From contig JACQHR010000011.1 of the NCBI GenBank assembly GCA_016198905.1, positions 7,427 through 71,426 on the forward strand: DNA of 64,000 nt, given 5' to 3'. How positions within the stretch are numbered: the stretch's first letter is position 1; the number at the start of each line of letters is the position of its first letter. The DNA is from Candidatus Omnitrophota bacterium. GTDB taxonomy: Bacteria; Omnitrophota; Gorgyraeia; Aquiviventales; Aquiviventaceae. Position numbers and translations under genes: made by a program. Below are positions 55,966 to 64,000 of the stretch, one piece after another. The notes under the pieces were generated by a model. It was given only the letters and a program-made list of their open reading frames with translations. It did not search any database and was not told where the DNA came from.

Positions 55966-56711
55966 TGAGCCTCAGCGTTGGTGACGTGAAGAGGAAAGAC
56001 AAACTCCAGGTTCTTCTGCGGGAGCTCGTTGGCATCAAACGCCGTTTTCAGGTTGGCGACGTGCAAGCGCATGGACGTCGCCTGCTGATCCGGGCTCCAG
56101 AACGCCACGAGCCCATCATGGATCACGCCGGGATAGAGGTAGCCGGTCTGCAGTGAACATTGTTTGATGAGCGCGAAGCGGCCCTGCGGTTTCTGGGCGA
56201 ACATCCGGCCAATCGGCACGCTCACGCCAAAGTACCCTGGCCGAGCCTCCTCTAAGAGACCTCTCGTGATGGTCTGCGCGGGCCGGCGGGTATCCGCCAA
56301 GGCATCCACGTAATCGACATCGAGCGGGCTGTACTGGTTGCCGCGGTCATCGACGAGCACAAAATCCCATGGGCTGACCCGGACGCGTTGGTCGCTGGTA
56401 TTGGCGACTTTGATGTAGAACACCAAATTCTCAGGAAAATACGGATTTTGCCCTGCGTACTCGCCGAAGAGTTCGCGCTTGCGGAAGAAATCAGTCAGGT
56501 ACTCTTTCGTCGCCACCGTGACGGTGACCGAGATTTTCTCCTTGTCCTGTGTTTGGGTGACAGGCTCCAGCCCCCAGTCGGTTCGCTTGGCAAGCGTGAG
56601 CATCTCGGCCAGCGGGCCGCGGGCTTTGCGTTCCAGGAGCAATGAGGGTTTGCGTGTGGCGCACCCTGCAACGACCACCATTCCCAGCAGACAGATCGCA
56701 ACCCGGCGCAT
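55962..56711 (-). CDS. Hypothetical lipoprotein
   Basis: Start MRRVAICLLGMVVVAGCATRK at 56711 (lipobox). Beta-rich remainder. Confidence 0.5.
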   Translation of the reverse strand: MRRVAICLLGMVVVAGCATRKPSLLLERKARGPLAEMLTLAKRTDWGLEPVTQTQDKEKISVTVTVATKEYLTDFFRKRELFGEYAGQNPYFPENLVFYIKVANTSDQRVRVSPWDFVLVDDRGNQYSPLDVDYVDALADTRRPAQTITRGLLEEARPGYFGVSVPIGRMFAQKPQGRFALIKQCSLQTGYLYPGVIHDGLVAFWSPDQQATSMRLHVANLKTAFDANELPQKNLEFVFPLHVTNAEAH

Positions 56712-56748
56712 CGTTCCTCCGTCGTCGTGGTTCGGCATCGCCAATCCC

Positions 56749-57939
56749 TCAGACCCGTTCAAAGGGATCGAACAGTTTCTTGTACTCTTCCAGGCAGTAC
56801 CGGTCGGTCATCCCCGCGATGTAGTCGCAGACCACGCGATACGGATCGTCCCCTCGCGTAATCCGCGACCGTGTGGTATTGGGCAATTGCTCCGGCTTCT
56901 TCAGGTAAAGGTGGAAGAGCTCGCTGATGAAACGCTTGGCTTTATCGGCCATGCGGGCCACGCGGTAGTGGTGGTAAAACTGCGTCCACAGGAGGCCTTT
57001 CAACGGTGTGCGCAACTGCTGCGTCTGGGCACTGAACGCGACGAGTCGCTCGGTGCAATGCCGCACATCTTCCACAGATCCGATGCGCAGTCGCTTGAGC
57101 CGTTCGATCGTCGCCTCAACCAAATCGGTAACCTCTCGATTAATCAGCATGCGGATGATCTGGTAGCGGCGGATATCCGGATCAAGATGGATCCCGCCCG
57201 CTTCAACAGCCTCGCACGCTTGCTGCCAGAGCGCGATGCCGCCCAGCTCATCCTCCTTCAGGATACCCGATGCGAGTCCATCGTCAAGATCATGATTGTC
57301 GTACGCGATTTCATCCGCGACATCCGCGATCTGGCTCTCCAACAGCGGAGCGACGGTAGGATCCAGGGCCGCCTGGACATCAGGCTGGTTGTACGGCGTG
57401 CGGTGCTTGTTGATGCTCTCGCGGACTTCCCACGTCAGGTTGAGTCCTGGGAATCCGGGGTAGCGCGCCTCGATCAGGTCCACGATGCGCAAGCCTTGAA
57501 TGTTATGGTCAAACCCGCCGTGCCCTTCCATGAGCTCGCGCAACGCGTCCTCCCCGGCATGTCCAAAGGGCGGATGGCCGATGTCGTGCGCCAGCGACAC
57601 CACCTCGACCAAATCCTCATTCAGGCGCAGGATGCGGGCGATCGACACGGCGATTTGGGCGACTTCCAGCGTGTGCGTCAAGCGCGTGCGGTAATGATCG
57701 CCCTCATGATTGACGAACACCTGGGTCTTGTACTCGAGACGGCGAAAGGCCGTGGTGTGGATGATGCGATCGCGGTCCCGGCGATACGCGGTGCGAAACG
57801 CATCCTCCGATTCCGGGTGTTGCCGGCCCTTGCTCTCGCGACTCTTCATCGCGTAGGGCGCTAGCCACTGCGCCTCGCGCGCTTCGAGCTCTTGGCGTGA
57901 CGCCAGGATAGGAGTCGGATCAGCCGCCAGCGCGGTCAT
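56749..57939 (-). CDS. dGTP triphosphohydrolase-like HD-domain protein
   Basis: 396 aa with RLTHTLEVAQIA and HDIGHPPFGH HD motifs. Confidence 0.85.
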   Translation of the reverse strand: MTALAADPTPILASRQELEAREAQWLAPYAMKSRESKGRQHPESEDAFRTAYRRDRDRIIHTTAFRRLEYKTQVFVNHEGDHYRTRLTHTLEVAQIAVSIARILRLNEDLVEVVSLAHDIGHPPFGHAGEDALRELMEGHGGFDHNIQGLRIVDLIEARYPGFPGLNLTWEVRESINKHRTPYNQPDVQAALDPTVAPLLESQIADVADEIAYDNHDLDDGLASGILKEDELGGIALWQQACEAVEAGGIHLDPDIRRYQIIRMLINREVTDLVEATIERLKRLRIGSVEDVRHCTERLVAFSAQTQQLRTPLKGLLWTQFYHHYRVARMADKAKRFISELFHLYLKKPEQLPNTTRSRITRGDDPYRVVCDYIAGMTDRYCLEEYKKLFDPFERV

Positions 57940-58436
57940 CGTCGACGCCGTGACGTCGCAAGCATCGTATAGAGCTCATCCAGCGACTGTGAGATCACTT
58001 TGGTGTGGGCGATGATGGGCATCACGTTCGTGTCTCCCTGCCAGCGCGGCACCACATGCAGGTGCAGATGTCCGGGAATCCCCGCGCCGGCAACGCGGCC
58101 GAGATTCATTCCCACATTGAACCCCTGGGCATGCAGTAGACGGGTGAGTCGCGTCATGATGCGTTGGCTCATCTGCAGCATCTCGCTCCATTCTGCGGGG
58201 GCGAGCGTCGTCAGTGTCCCCACATGGCGGTAGGGGGCGATCATGACGTGCCCGTTGTTGTAGGGGTAGAGATTAAGGAGGGTGAAGACGTGCCGACCTC
58301 GAGCCACGACGTAATGTGCGCGATCCGCCCGGGAGCGTTTCGCCGCACAAAAGATGCAGCGACGCGGCTGCGGATGCGCGATGAAGCAGTTGCGCCAGGG
58401 CGCCCACAATCGCTGGAGGTGCGCCATCGTCGTCAC
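57936..58436 (-). CDS. HIT-family nucleotide hydrolase/transferase
   Basis: PGHLHLHVVPRW histidine triad and NLYPYNNGHVMI. Confidence 0.85.
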   Translation of the reverse strand: MTTMAHLQRLWAPWRNCFIAHPQPRRCIFCAAKRSRADRAHYVVARGRHVFTLLNLYPYNNGHVMIAPYRHVGTLTTLAPAEWSEMLQMSQRIMTRLTRLLHAQGFNVGMNLGRVAGAGIPGHLHLHVVPRWQGDTNVMPIIAHTKVISQSLDELYTMLATSRRRR

Positions 58437-60031
58437 GCGCGTCCGTAGAGTTCAAGCAACAGGCTCAAGTCGTCCGGTCCCCACACCCACATGTTCGCGG
58501 TCTTCGCGAGCAAGCGCGCATTCGCATCCATAGGCGTCTTCGTGATGACGACTTTTCGGGAGGGCTTAGGCGCCTGCGCGCGGCAAAACGCGTCGAACCG
58601 CGCAATCGCCTGCTCATCGACGCCGGTTTCCTGGACCGTCACGCACCAGCGCTTGCCCTCGGCGTCAGCCACGAGGTACGGCTCCATGCTCCGGTCTTCA
58701 ACAGGCTTCGCGCGGTGGATGGTCTGAAAGCGCGGCAGCCGCCCGGTTTTCAGGTCAAGCGACACGGTGTCATCCGAGAACTTTGCGAACAAGCCGGCGA
58801 TCTGCTCGGAAAACGACAGTTGATGCGCGCGAACCCACTCGTTCCAGAGCCCGCGCAGAGCCTGATTGAACCGCTGCCTGGTCGCGGGAGCGTCGGTGCG
58901 CGCATCGCACCACTGCGAGGCCAGCACGGTGGAGAGCCAACAACGCAGTAAGGGGTCGGTCACGATCCAGCACATCCCGTTGCGTTGCGCCAAATCCTGC
59001 TCGACCAACAGTTGCAGCGCGTCGGTGAGGCCGCTGCGGCCGATGCGTTTGCCGATCTCGGTGGCGGTTCGCGCGCCATTGGCCACCTGCAAAAGCGCTT
59101 CCAACGCTCTTGATCCCCCGCGCCCTCGCGTCGCGAGGTGACCGGTCCGCGCAAGACAGGTCTGATGGAGCGCGCCTTCAGCGCTGCCCACCACATCCCA
59201 GGCGGCCTGGAGAAAAAGCGCTTCGTGCAATTCGACGCTGTTGCTCAGGGTCGCCCGCTCTTTGAGCCGATTGACGAAGACGGTGAGATACCACGGATAG
59301 GCGCCAAGCCAGTCCATGAGGAAGTTCGTCATGCCCTTGGGCCGCCTAATCCCGCGCAGCTCCTGCTGCATCCAGGCCATCACGGTCGGCGCATCCAGCG
59401 CCTCGAGCGTCAGCAGCTCGAACTGGCCGAAGAGCAGCTGCAGTCGTTCGCGCAAAATCATCCTGGCCCGGTACAGCGACGAGCTCGACAGGATGAAGAG
59501 CGTGGTCGGCCACGTCATGACGCGCTTGCCCAGCTCATGAAAGGCGTGCGTGAGTCCTAACTCTTCCAAGAGAAGAAACTCGTCCAAGATGAGCACGCAG
59601 GACATGCCCCGCTCCTGGCTGACGATCGGGATGAGATCCAACGTCCGCGTGAACGCCTCCCCATACTGCCGCCTGGTCAGCAGCCCCTCGATCGATCGGA
59701 TCGCCATGGCAAGACGCGGCGATGAGCCCTCGATCTGTTGCGCGAGCGGTTCGAGTGAACGCAAGGCCCCACCTCTGACCGGCGCTGCATCAGGGAGCAT
59801 CGCCTGGAGAATGGCGCACACGAATCGCTGTAGGAAGCTGCCGCACGACTCACGGTACAGCGGACACGAGATGATGAGCACCCCTGAGGGAGGATGCGTA
59901 AGCAGGTGTTGCAGCTGGTACGTCTTGCCGCTGCCTTGGGGACCTAGGAGGGCGAGATTGTGGCGAAACCCTTCTGTGAAGGCTTGGAGGTGCTGCTGCA
60001 GCCGCTGACTCAACTCCGGTCGAAGATTCAT
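58433..60031 (-). CDS. AAA-type ATPase with a C-terminal restriction-endonuclease-like (Mrr/DUF234-like) region
   Basis: 532 aa with Walker A GPQGSGKT and Walker B VLILDEF. The C-terminal ..KVVITKTPMDANARLLAKTANMWVWGPDDLSLLL resembles the tail of Mrr-type nuclease domains (inference). Confidence 0.6.
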   Translation of the reverse strand: MNLRPELSQRLQQHLQAFTEGFRHNLALLGPQGSGKTYQLQHLLTHPPSGVLIISCPLYRESCGSFLQRFVCAILQAMLPDAAPVRGGALRSLEPLAQQIEGSSPRLAMAIRSIEGLLTRRQYGEAFTRTLDLIPIVSQERGMSCVLILDEFLLLEELGLTHAFHELGKRVMTWPTTLFILSSSSLYRARMILRERLQLLFGQFELLTLEALDAPTVMAWMQQELRGIRRPKGMTNFLMDWLGAYPWYLTVFVNRLKERATLSNSVELHEALFLQAAWDVVGSAEGALHQTCLARTGHLATRGRGGSRALEALLQVANGARTATEIGKRIGRSGLTDALQLLVEQDLAQRNGMCWIVTDPLLRCWLSTVLASQWCDARTDAPATRQRFNQALRGLWNEWVRAHQLSFSEQIAGLFAKFSDDTVSLDLKTGRLPRFQTIHRAKPVEDRSMEPYLVADAEGKRWCVTVQETGVDEQAIARFDAFCRAQAPKPSRKVVITKTPMDANARLLAKTANMWVWGPDDLSLLLELYGRA

Positions 60032-60669
60032 TCCACGGGAAGGAGGCTTACGGTGTGACGAGGTTTGCTGCCATACCGGACCTCGAAGTAGATCGGCTGC
60101 ACCCCGACGCTTCCCAAGGGAACGCCCTGGCGCAGCGTCGATCCTGGGGCCACGAGCAGTTGCTCAAGCCTGGCGTAGACGCTCAGGGAGCCATCCCAGT
60201 GATCGACAATCACCGTTTTGCCCCACCCTGAGAGGTCTCGGGCAGCCACTGCGACGCGTCCGCTGCGCGAGGCTCGCACCAACGTGCCGGGGGGTGCTGC
60301 GATTTCAATCCCGTACGGGGCCCCAGCGTTCTTGACGCGGCCCCGCACCGGCCACAAGAACTGCCTGGACTCTTGCGGCAATGGAATGAACAGGCGCTGG
60401 CCAACGGCGAGTGGTATCGCGTGAGACAGTCGGTTGGCTGAGAGAAGCGCTTCGGGGCTTATGCCGTAGGAGCGAGCAATGCGCCACACGGTTTCCCCTC
60501 TGCTGACGATGTGATAGGAACCGGCGAGGCTTGGCAGAGAGGCTCGGGACTGCACGGCAGGAGGTGCGGTCATCGGAGTCATGGAAGAAGCGGCGCAACC
60601 GGCGATGGCAAGACACGCCAGCGAGACGACTCCTCTTTCAGATATCGTTCGCATGAACCTGAACCTCAA
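60028..60669 (-). CDS. LysM-domain M23 peptidase (NlpD-like)
   Basis: Lipoprotein-like signal (LAIAGCAAS), LysM (YHIVSRGETVWRIARSYGISPEALLSANRL) and an M23 core (GIEIAAPPGTLVRASRSGRV). Confidence 0.85.
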   Translation of the reverse strand: MRFRFMRTISERGVVSLACLAIAGCAASSMTPMTAPPAVQSRASLPSLAGSYHIVSRGETVWRIARSYGISPEALLSANRLSHAIPLAVGQRLFIPLPQESRQFLWPVRGRVKNAGAPYGIEIAAPPGTLVRASRSGRVAVAARDLSGWGKTVIVDHWDGSLSVYARLEQLLVAPGSTLRQGVPLGSVGVQPIYFEVRYGSKPRHTVSLLPVE

Positions 60670-60710
60670 AGACGGGGTCAGACCCTATTCGCATCGCTCG
60701 TTCTTGAATC

Positions 60711-60899
60711 GAGAAGTAACGAGCGGGTAGCGGGAATCGGTGCCTCCGCTCGCCTCTGGCTCGCTCCGGTCACCGCCCGCGCCTCCCGTGGTGGTCGCCA
60801 CTCGCTATTCGCTCGCGGCTCCGCTTGATGACCAAAGTCGGCGCTCCCTTCGATTCCCGCTACTACTATTGAGAAGTAATCAGCGGGTAGCGGGAATCG
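60711..60899. repeat. 29-bp direct duplication of the tRNA-Gly 3' end plus flank, bracketing a ~130-bp GC-rich insert
   Basis: GAGAAGTAACGAGCGGGTAGCGGGAATCG (60711-60739) versus GAGAAGTAATCAGCGGGTAGCGGGAATCG (60871-60899). The inverse copy CGATTCCCGCTAC lies at 60851-60863. Confidence 0.85.
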
Positions 60900-60952
60900 A
60901 ACCCGCGTAACTAGCTTGGGAAGCTAGCGCACTACCACTGTGCTATACCCGC
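60882..60952 (-). tRNA. tRNA-Gly (anticodon CCC)
   Basis: Hand-folded cloverleaf: GCGGGTA acceptor, GCAC/GTGC D-stem, CTAGC-TTCCCAA-GCTAG anticodon arm, GCGGG-TTCGATT-CCCGC T-arm. Confidence 0.9.
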
Positions 60953-61038
60953 GGTCTCCTTTTCCTGTGCGCAAGACGCCAAACTGCGTACGGGCTAGTC
61001 TGCGACTGGGATGAACAACACGAAGAAGAACGTTCCTA

Positions 61039-61707
61039 TTATAGGGAGCGCGCGAGGGTCGCGCGATGAAAATGTTCGATCCGCATTTTCAGTTCACGCG
61101 TCGCCACCTCAGGATCATCCGCGCAACAGACGGCGCGGACAACCGCCACACAGGCTCCTCCTGCCCCGAGCACCGGATCCAGATGGTCGCGGTCGATGCC
61201 GCCGATGCACACCCCAGGCACGCGCACGTGAGCCGTCACCTGCCTGACGAGGTCAAGACCCACGCTCGGATACTCGGGCTTCGTCGGTGTGGAAAAAATG
61301 GGGCCGATGCCGATGTAGTCAACGCCTTCGGCTGCAGCGGCAAGCGCCTGATCAAGAGTATGGGTGGATGCGCCGATGATCCGATCAGAACCCAGGAGGG
61401 CTCGAGCGTCGGCGAGCGGAAGGTCGTCTTGTCCGAGATGCACCCCATCGGCGCCGACGGCGCGCGCCACATCGGCGCGATCGTTGATGATCAGCGGGAT
61501 GCCTGCCGGCCGCGTCACGGCCAAGAGACGCTTCGCTTCCTCCATTAATGAGCGCGCTGAAGCCGTCTTATCCCGTAATTGCAGGACATCGGCTCCCCCA
61601 CGAATCGCCGCGGCAGCGAGCTCGGGTAACGCCCGTCCCTGAGCCGCAGCCCGGTCAAGAATGACGTAGAGTCGCCACGCTAAGCAAGAGGTCACGTTCG
61701 ATCTCAT
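61039..61707 (-). CDS. thiE: Thiamine-phosphate synthase
   Basis: 222 aa with LYVILDR, LQLRDK and a C-terminal GA..VAVV pattern. No SD is visible before ATG 61707. Overlaps the upstream ORF by 53 nt. Confidence 0.85.
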   Translation of the reverse strand: MRSNVTSCLAWRLYVILDRAAAQGRALPELAAAAIRGGADVLQLRDKTASARSLMEEAKRLLAVTRPAGIPLIINDRADVARAVGADGVHLGQDDLPLADARALLGSDRIIGASTHTLDQALAAAAEGVDYIGIGPIFSTPTKPEYPSVGLDLVRQVTAHVRVPGVCIGGIDRDHLDPVLGAGGACVAVVRAVCCADDPEVATRELKMRIEHFHRATLARSL

Positions 61708-62101
61708 AGGTCGTAAAGCGCAATCGCTGCAACTGCGACGTATGACGCGGTGCCGTCACGCGCGCGCACTCTTCCAGCACCCGCAGGGCCTCCTTCGTTC
61801 GTTGGAGGTTGATGACAAGCGTTTGCTCAAGCGAGGCGACGCGAGACGCCCGCGCCTGCCGCCCCACATCGAATCGGCTCTCCCGCGCGCGCAAAAGATC
61901 CTCTCGATCGATCGGAAGCTCCCGAATGGCCGCCGCGATCGCATGCCGCAGCCGCCGCAGCCGCCGAAACAGAGGTGCGGCCTCCAGATGGAAGCGCACG
62001 ATCTCTTCGCAGACGCGAAGGCCTTCAAGCGCACGGTTGGCATTGGCATCGATGAGGCGAAGTGTTGACCGCCGAGTGGCGAAACGCCGGAGAGCCGCCA
62101 T
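61655..62101 (-). CDS. Helical protein resembling the N-terminal extension seen on some long ThiE proteins
   Basis: 148 aa: LIDANANRALEGLRVCEEIVRF..TKEALRVLEE. The frame differs by one nt from thiE. Confidence 0.45.
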   Translation of the reverse strand: MAALRRFATRRSTLRLIDANANRALEGLRVCEEIVRFHLEAAPLFRRLRRLRHAIAAAIRELPIDREDLLRARESRFDVGRQARASRVASLEQTLVINLQRTKEALRVLEECARVTAPRHTSQLQRLRFTTYEIERDLLLSVATLRHS

Positions 62102-62610
62102 TACGATCCGCGAATGCGCTCAATGATCCGCGAGGTGGAGGAGCCTTTCAGCAGCGGGACGCGCACGACCCGGCCGCCGTAGCGTTCGACGGTGTCGCGG
62201 CCCACAATCTTTCCGGCTCCCCAATCCGCGCCTTTGACCAGAAGGTTGGGACGCAGCCGCTCGATCACGCGCTGCGGCGTCCGCTCGCTGAAGATCGTCA
62301 CATAGTCCACGCACGCCAACGCGGCAAGCAAGAGCGCGCGATCCTGTTGATTCAAGATCGGCCGCCCCTTACCCTTCAACGCTCGCACCGAACGGTCGCT
62401 GTTCACGCCGACGACGAGCACATCGCCGTAACGTTTGGCGCGTTCGAGCACTGTCACATGGCCGGCATGCACGAGATCGAAGCAGCCGTTCGTGAAGACG
62501 ACGCGTCGGCCTTGGGATTGAAGGCGGCGAACCCGCCGGATGAGGGCTGGCAGCGAAAGAATCTTACGCGCGGCGCGCGGAGAAAGCCGGCTGGAGCGCA
62601 TCTTCAACAA
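62101..62610 (-). CDS. hldC: D-glycero-beta-D-manno-heptose 1-phosphate adenylyltransferase (RfaE domain II type)
   Basis: VVFTNGCFDLVHAGHV cytidylyltransferase motif, about 160 aa. Confidence 0.85.
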   Translation of the reverse strand: MLKMRSSRLSPRAARKILSLPALIRRVRRLQSQGRRVVFTNGCFDLVHAGHVTVLERAKRYGDVLVVGVNSDRSVRALKGKGRPILNQQDRALLLAALACVDYVTIFSERTPQRVIERLRPNLLVKGADWGAGKIVGRDTVERYGGRVVRVPLLKGSSTSRIIERIRGS

Positions 62611-63169
62611 GCCCGCAGAGGATGTGCCCGATGGTGAGATGGACTTCTTGAATCCGCGCCGTCACGGGCGAGGGCACGCAGATGCAGACGTCGCAGAGCC
62701 CGGCCATCGTGCCGCCGGTGCCGCCGGTCAATCCAATGGTCGCCAGCGTGAGCTCCTTGGCCCGCCGCAATCCCTTGAGGACGTTCGGCGAGTTGCCGGA
62801 CGTCGAGAGTCCCACGAGAACGTCTCCGGTCTGTGCGAGTCCTTCAACCTGTCGGGAGAAAATGTCTTCATAGCCGTAATCGTTGCCGATGGCGGTGACA
62901 CTGGCCATGTTCTCGGTCAAGGAAATGGACGGGAGTGAGCGGCGCTCCTGCTGGAATCGCCCGACGAACTCGCCGGCCATATGCTGGCTTTGCGTGGCCG
63001 AGCCGCCGTTGCCGCACCAGATGATCTTGTGTCCCCCGCGGATCGCCTGCGTCATCAGCTGGGCGGCCTTCACCATCAACACGATCTGCGCTTCAGGCAA
63101 TTGCGCGTGAAGGCGCGAGGTCTCTTGCAGCGTCGCGGCAATAGCGTGTGTCAGTGCTGGGGGATTCAT
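62564..63169 (-). CDS. gmhA: D-sedoheptulose 7-phosphate isomerase
   Basis: SIS domain with CGNGGSATQSQH and LVGLSTSGNSPNV. Confidence 0.88.
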   Translation of the reverse strand: MNPPALTHAIAATLQETSRLHAQLPEAQIVLMVKAAQLMTQAIRGGHKIIWCGNGGSATQSQHMAGEFVGRFQQERRSLPSISLTENMASVTAIGNDYGYEDIFSRQVEGLAQTGDVLVGLSTSGNSPNVLKGLRRAKELTLATIGLTGGTGGTMAGLCDVCICVPSPVTARIQEVHLTIGHILCGLVEDALQPAFSARRA

Positions 63170-64000
63170 CCGAAGAAGATTTTCGCCAACTGGTAGAAGT
63201 CTTTATCGACGGTCTTCAAGACGCCGGTCGCTTGCTCGATCGGGACGCCAATCACCTTGTTGCCCTGGAGGCTGGTCATGTAGCCGAATTTCCCTTCGAG
63301 CACCAATTCAACGGCTTTCACGCCAAAGCGCGTGCCCAAGACGCGGTCGAAGGCCGTCGGACTGCCGCCGCGCTGGATGTGGCCGAGCACCGTCACGCGA
63401 GTTTCGTACCCAGTGCGCTCCTCAATGAGCTTGCCGAGCGTGTCCCCGATGCCGCCCAGCCGGACATGGCCGAACTCATCGAGCTTCTCGGTGGTTTTCA
63501 CGAGGTTCTTGTTGGCGAATTGCGCGCCCTCCGCCACGACGACGATGCTGAAATCTTTGCCTCGCGCATGGCGTGTCTTGATGATGCCGCACACCTCGTC
63601 GAGATCGATGGGCTCTTCCGGAATCAGGATGACGTCCGCCCCGCCGGCGATCCCCGCGTACGTCGCAATCCACCCCGCGTGGCGCCCCATCACTTCGGCG
63701 ACCATGATGCGATGGTGGCTCTCCGCGGTCGTGTGCAGCCGATCGATCGCCTCCATCGCAATGTTGACCGCCGTATCGAAGCCAAATGTGACGTCGGTGG
63801 CCGAGAGGTCGTTGTCGATCGTCTTGGGCACACCGACCACGCGGACTCCCTCTTTCACCAGTTTGGTCGCGACACCCAACGTATCTTCGCCGCCAATGGC
63901 GATCAGCGCGTCCAGCTGGAGCTTCTTGATGTTCTCTTTGACGCTCGCGAGGTCTTCGGGTTTCTTGTACGGGTTCGTGCGCGACGTCCCTAGGATGGTG
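63166..64000 (-). CDS. pfkA: 6-phosphofructokinase, C-terminal part (5' end beyond the right window edge)
   Basis: The frame stays open to position 64000. My translation upstream of the track start reads ..LQLDALIAIGGEDTLGVATKL, followed by PKTIDNDL and MGRHAGW. Confidence 0.88.
   Translation of the reverse strand, partial: TILGTSRTNPYKKPEDLASVKENIKKLQLDALIAIGGEDTLGVATKLVKEGVRVVGVPKTIDNDLSATDVTFGFDTAVNIAMEAIDRLHTTAESHHRIMVAEVMGRHAGWIATYAGIAGGADVILIPEEPIDLDEVCGIIKTRHARGKDFSIVVVAEGAQFANKNLVKTTEKLDEFGHVRLGGIGDTLGKLIEERTGYETRVTVLGHIQRGGSPTAFDRVLGTRFGVKAVELVLEGKFGYMTSLQGNKVIGVPIEQATGVLKTVDKDFYQLAKIFFG

Overview
A 64-kb segment of a high-GC, Gram-negative-type bacterial chromosome (TolC/RND efflux, beta-barrel OMP). 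About 68 protein genes and 2 tRNAs are called. All but one gene (8982..9737) lie on the minus strand, and many junctions overlap by 4 nt. No database search or folding could be run, so every call rests on reading the supplied translations and the DNA. Two edge genes are missing from the ORF track because they are open at the window ends: dnaE (1..2056) and pfkA (63166..64000).

Layout:
- 1-3.2 kb: dnaE and a LOG-family gene.
- 3.2-23.3 kb: a one-directional copper/heavy-metal cluster. It contains a CsoR repressor with candidate operators, cusCBA flanked by two paralogous His/Cys-rich periplasmic proteins, a CopA P-type ATPase, two DUF2231 proteins and four YHS/TRASH-domain proteins. The YHS/TRASH set includes unusual fusions to a PilT ATPase and to a PfkB sugar kinase sitting next to a glucan phosphorylase.
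- 23.4-47 kb: housekeeping genes (pyk, guaA, guaB-like, groES-groEL-groES with CIRCE, coaX, birA, uvrB, nadC, valS, cimA, lysC, thrC, hom, tRNA-Pro). This block is interrupted at 28.7-30.0 kb by a visibly AT-richer single-gene orphan island.
- 47-64 kb: gpsA, a secreted PKD/beta-propeller cluster and a small ATGA-coupled gene pair. Next comes a tightly coupled six-gene operon (LysM/M23, AAA-ATPase with nuclease-like C-terminus, HIT, dGTPase-like HD, lipoprotein, UvrD-Cas4-like helicase-nuclease). After it come tRNA-Gly with a duplicated 3' end, thiE, hldC, gmhA and pfkA.

The most unusual signal is not a gene. The window carries several families of short-period (7-8 nt) tandem repeats, often paired as hairpins. 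They sit in intergenic spacers but also in frame inside intact essential genes: four times in valS, twice in nadC, and in birA, coaX, cusB and the 3' ends of cimA and the LOG gene. There they encode recurring peptide modules, (STQHTAH)n and GQGAGDxGQGK...HAPRxxPHAP. No transposase, integrase, rRNA or credible CRISPR array was seen.
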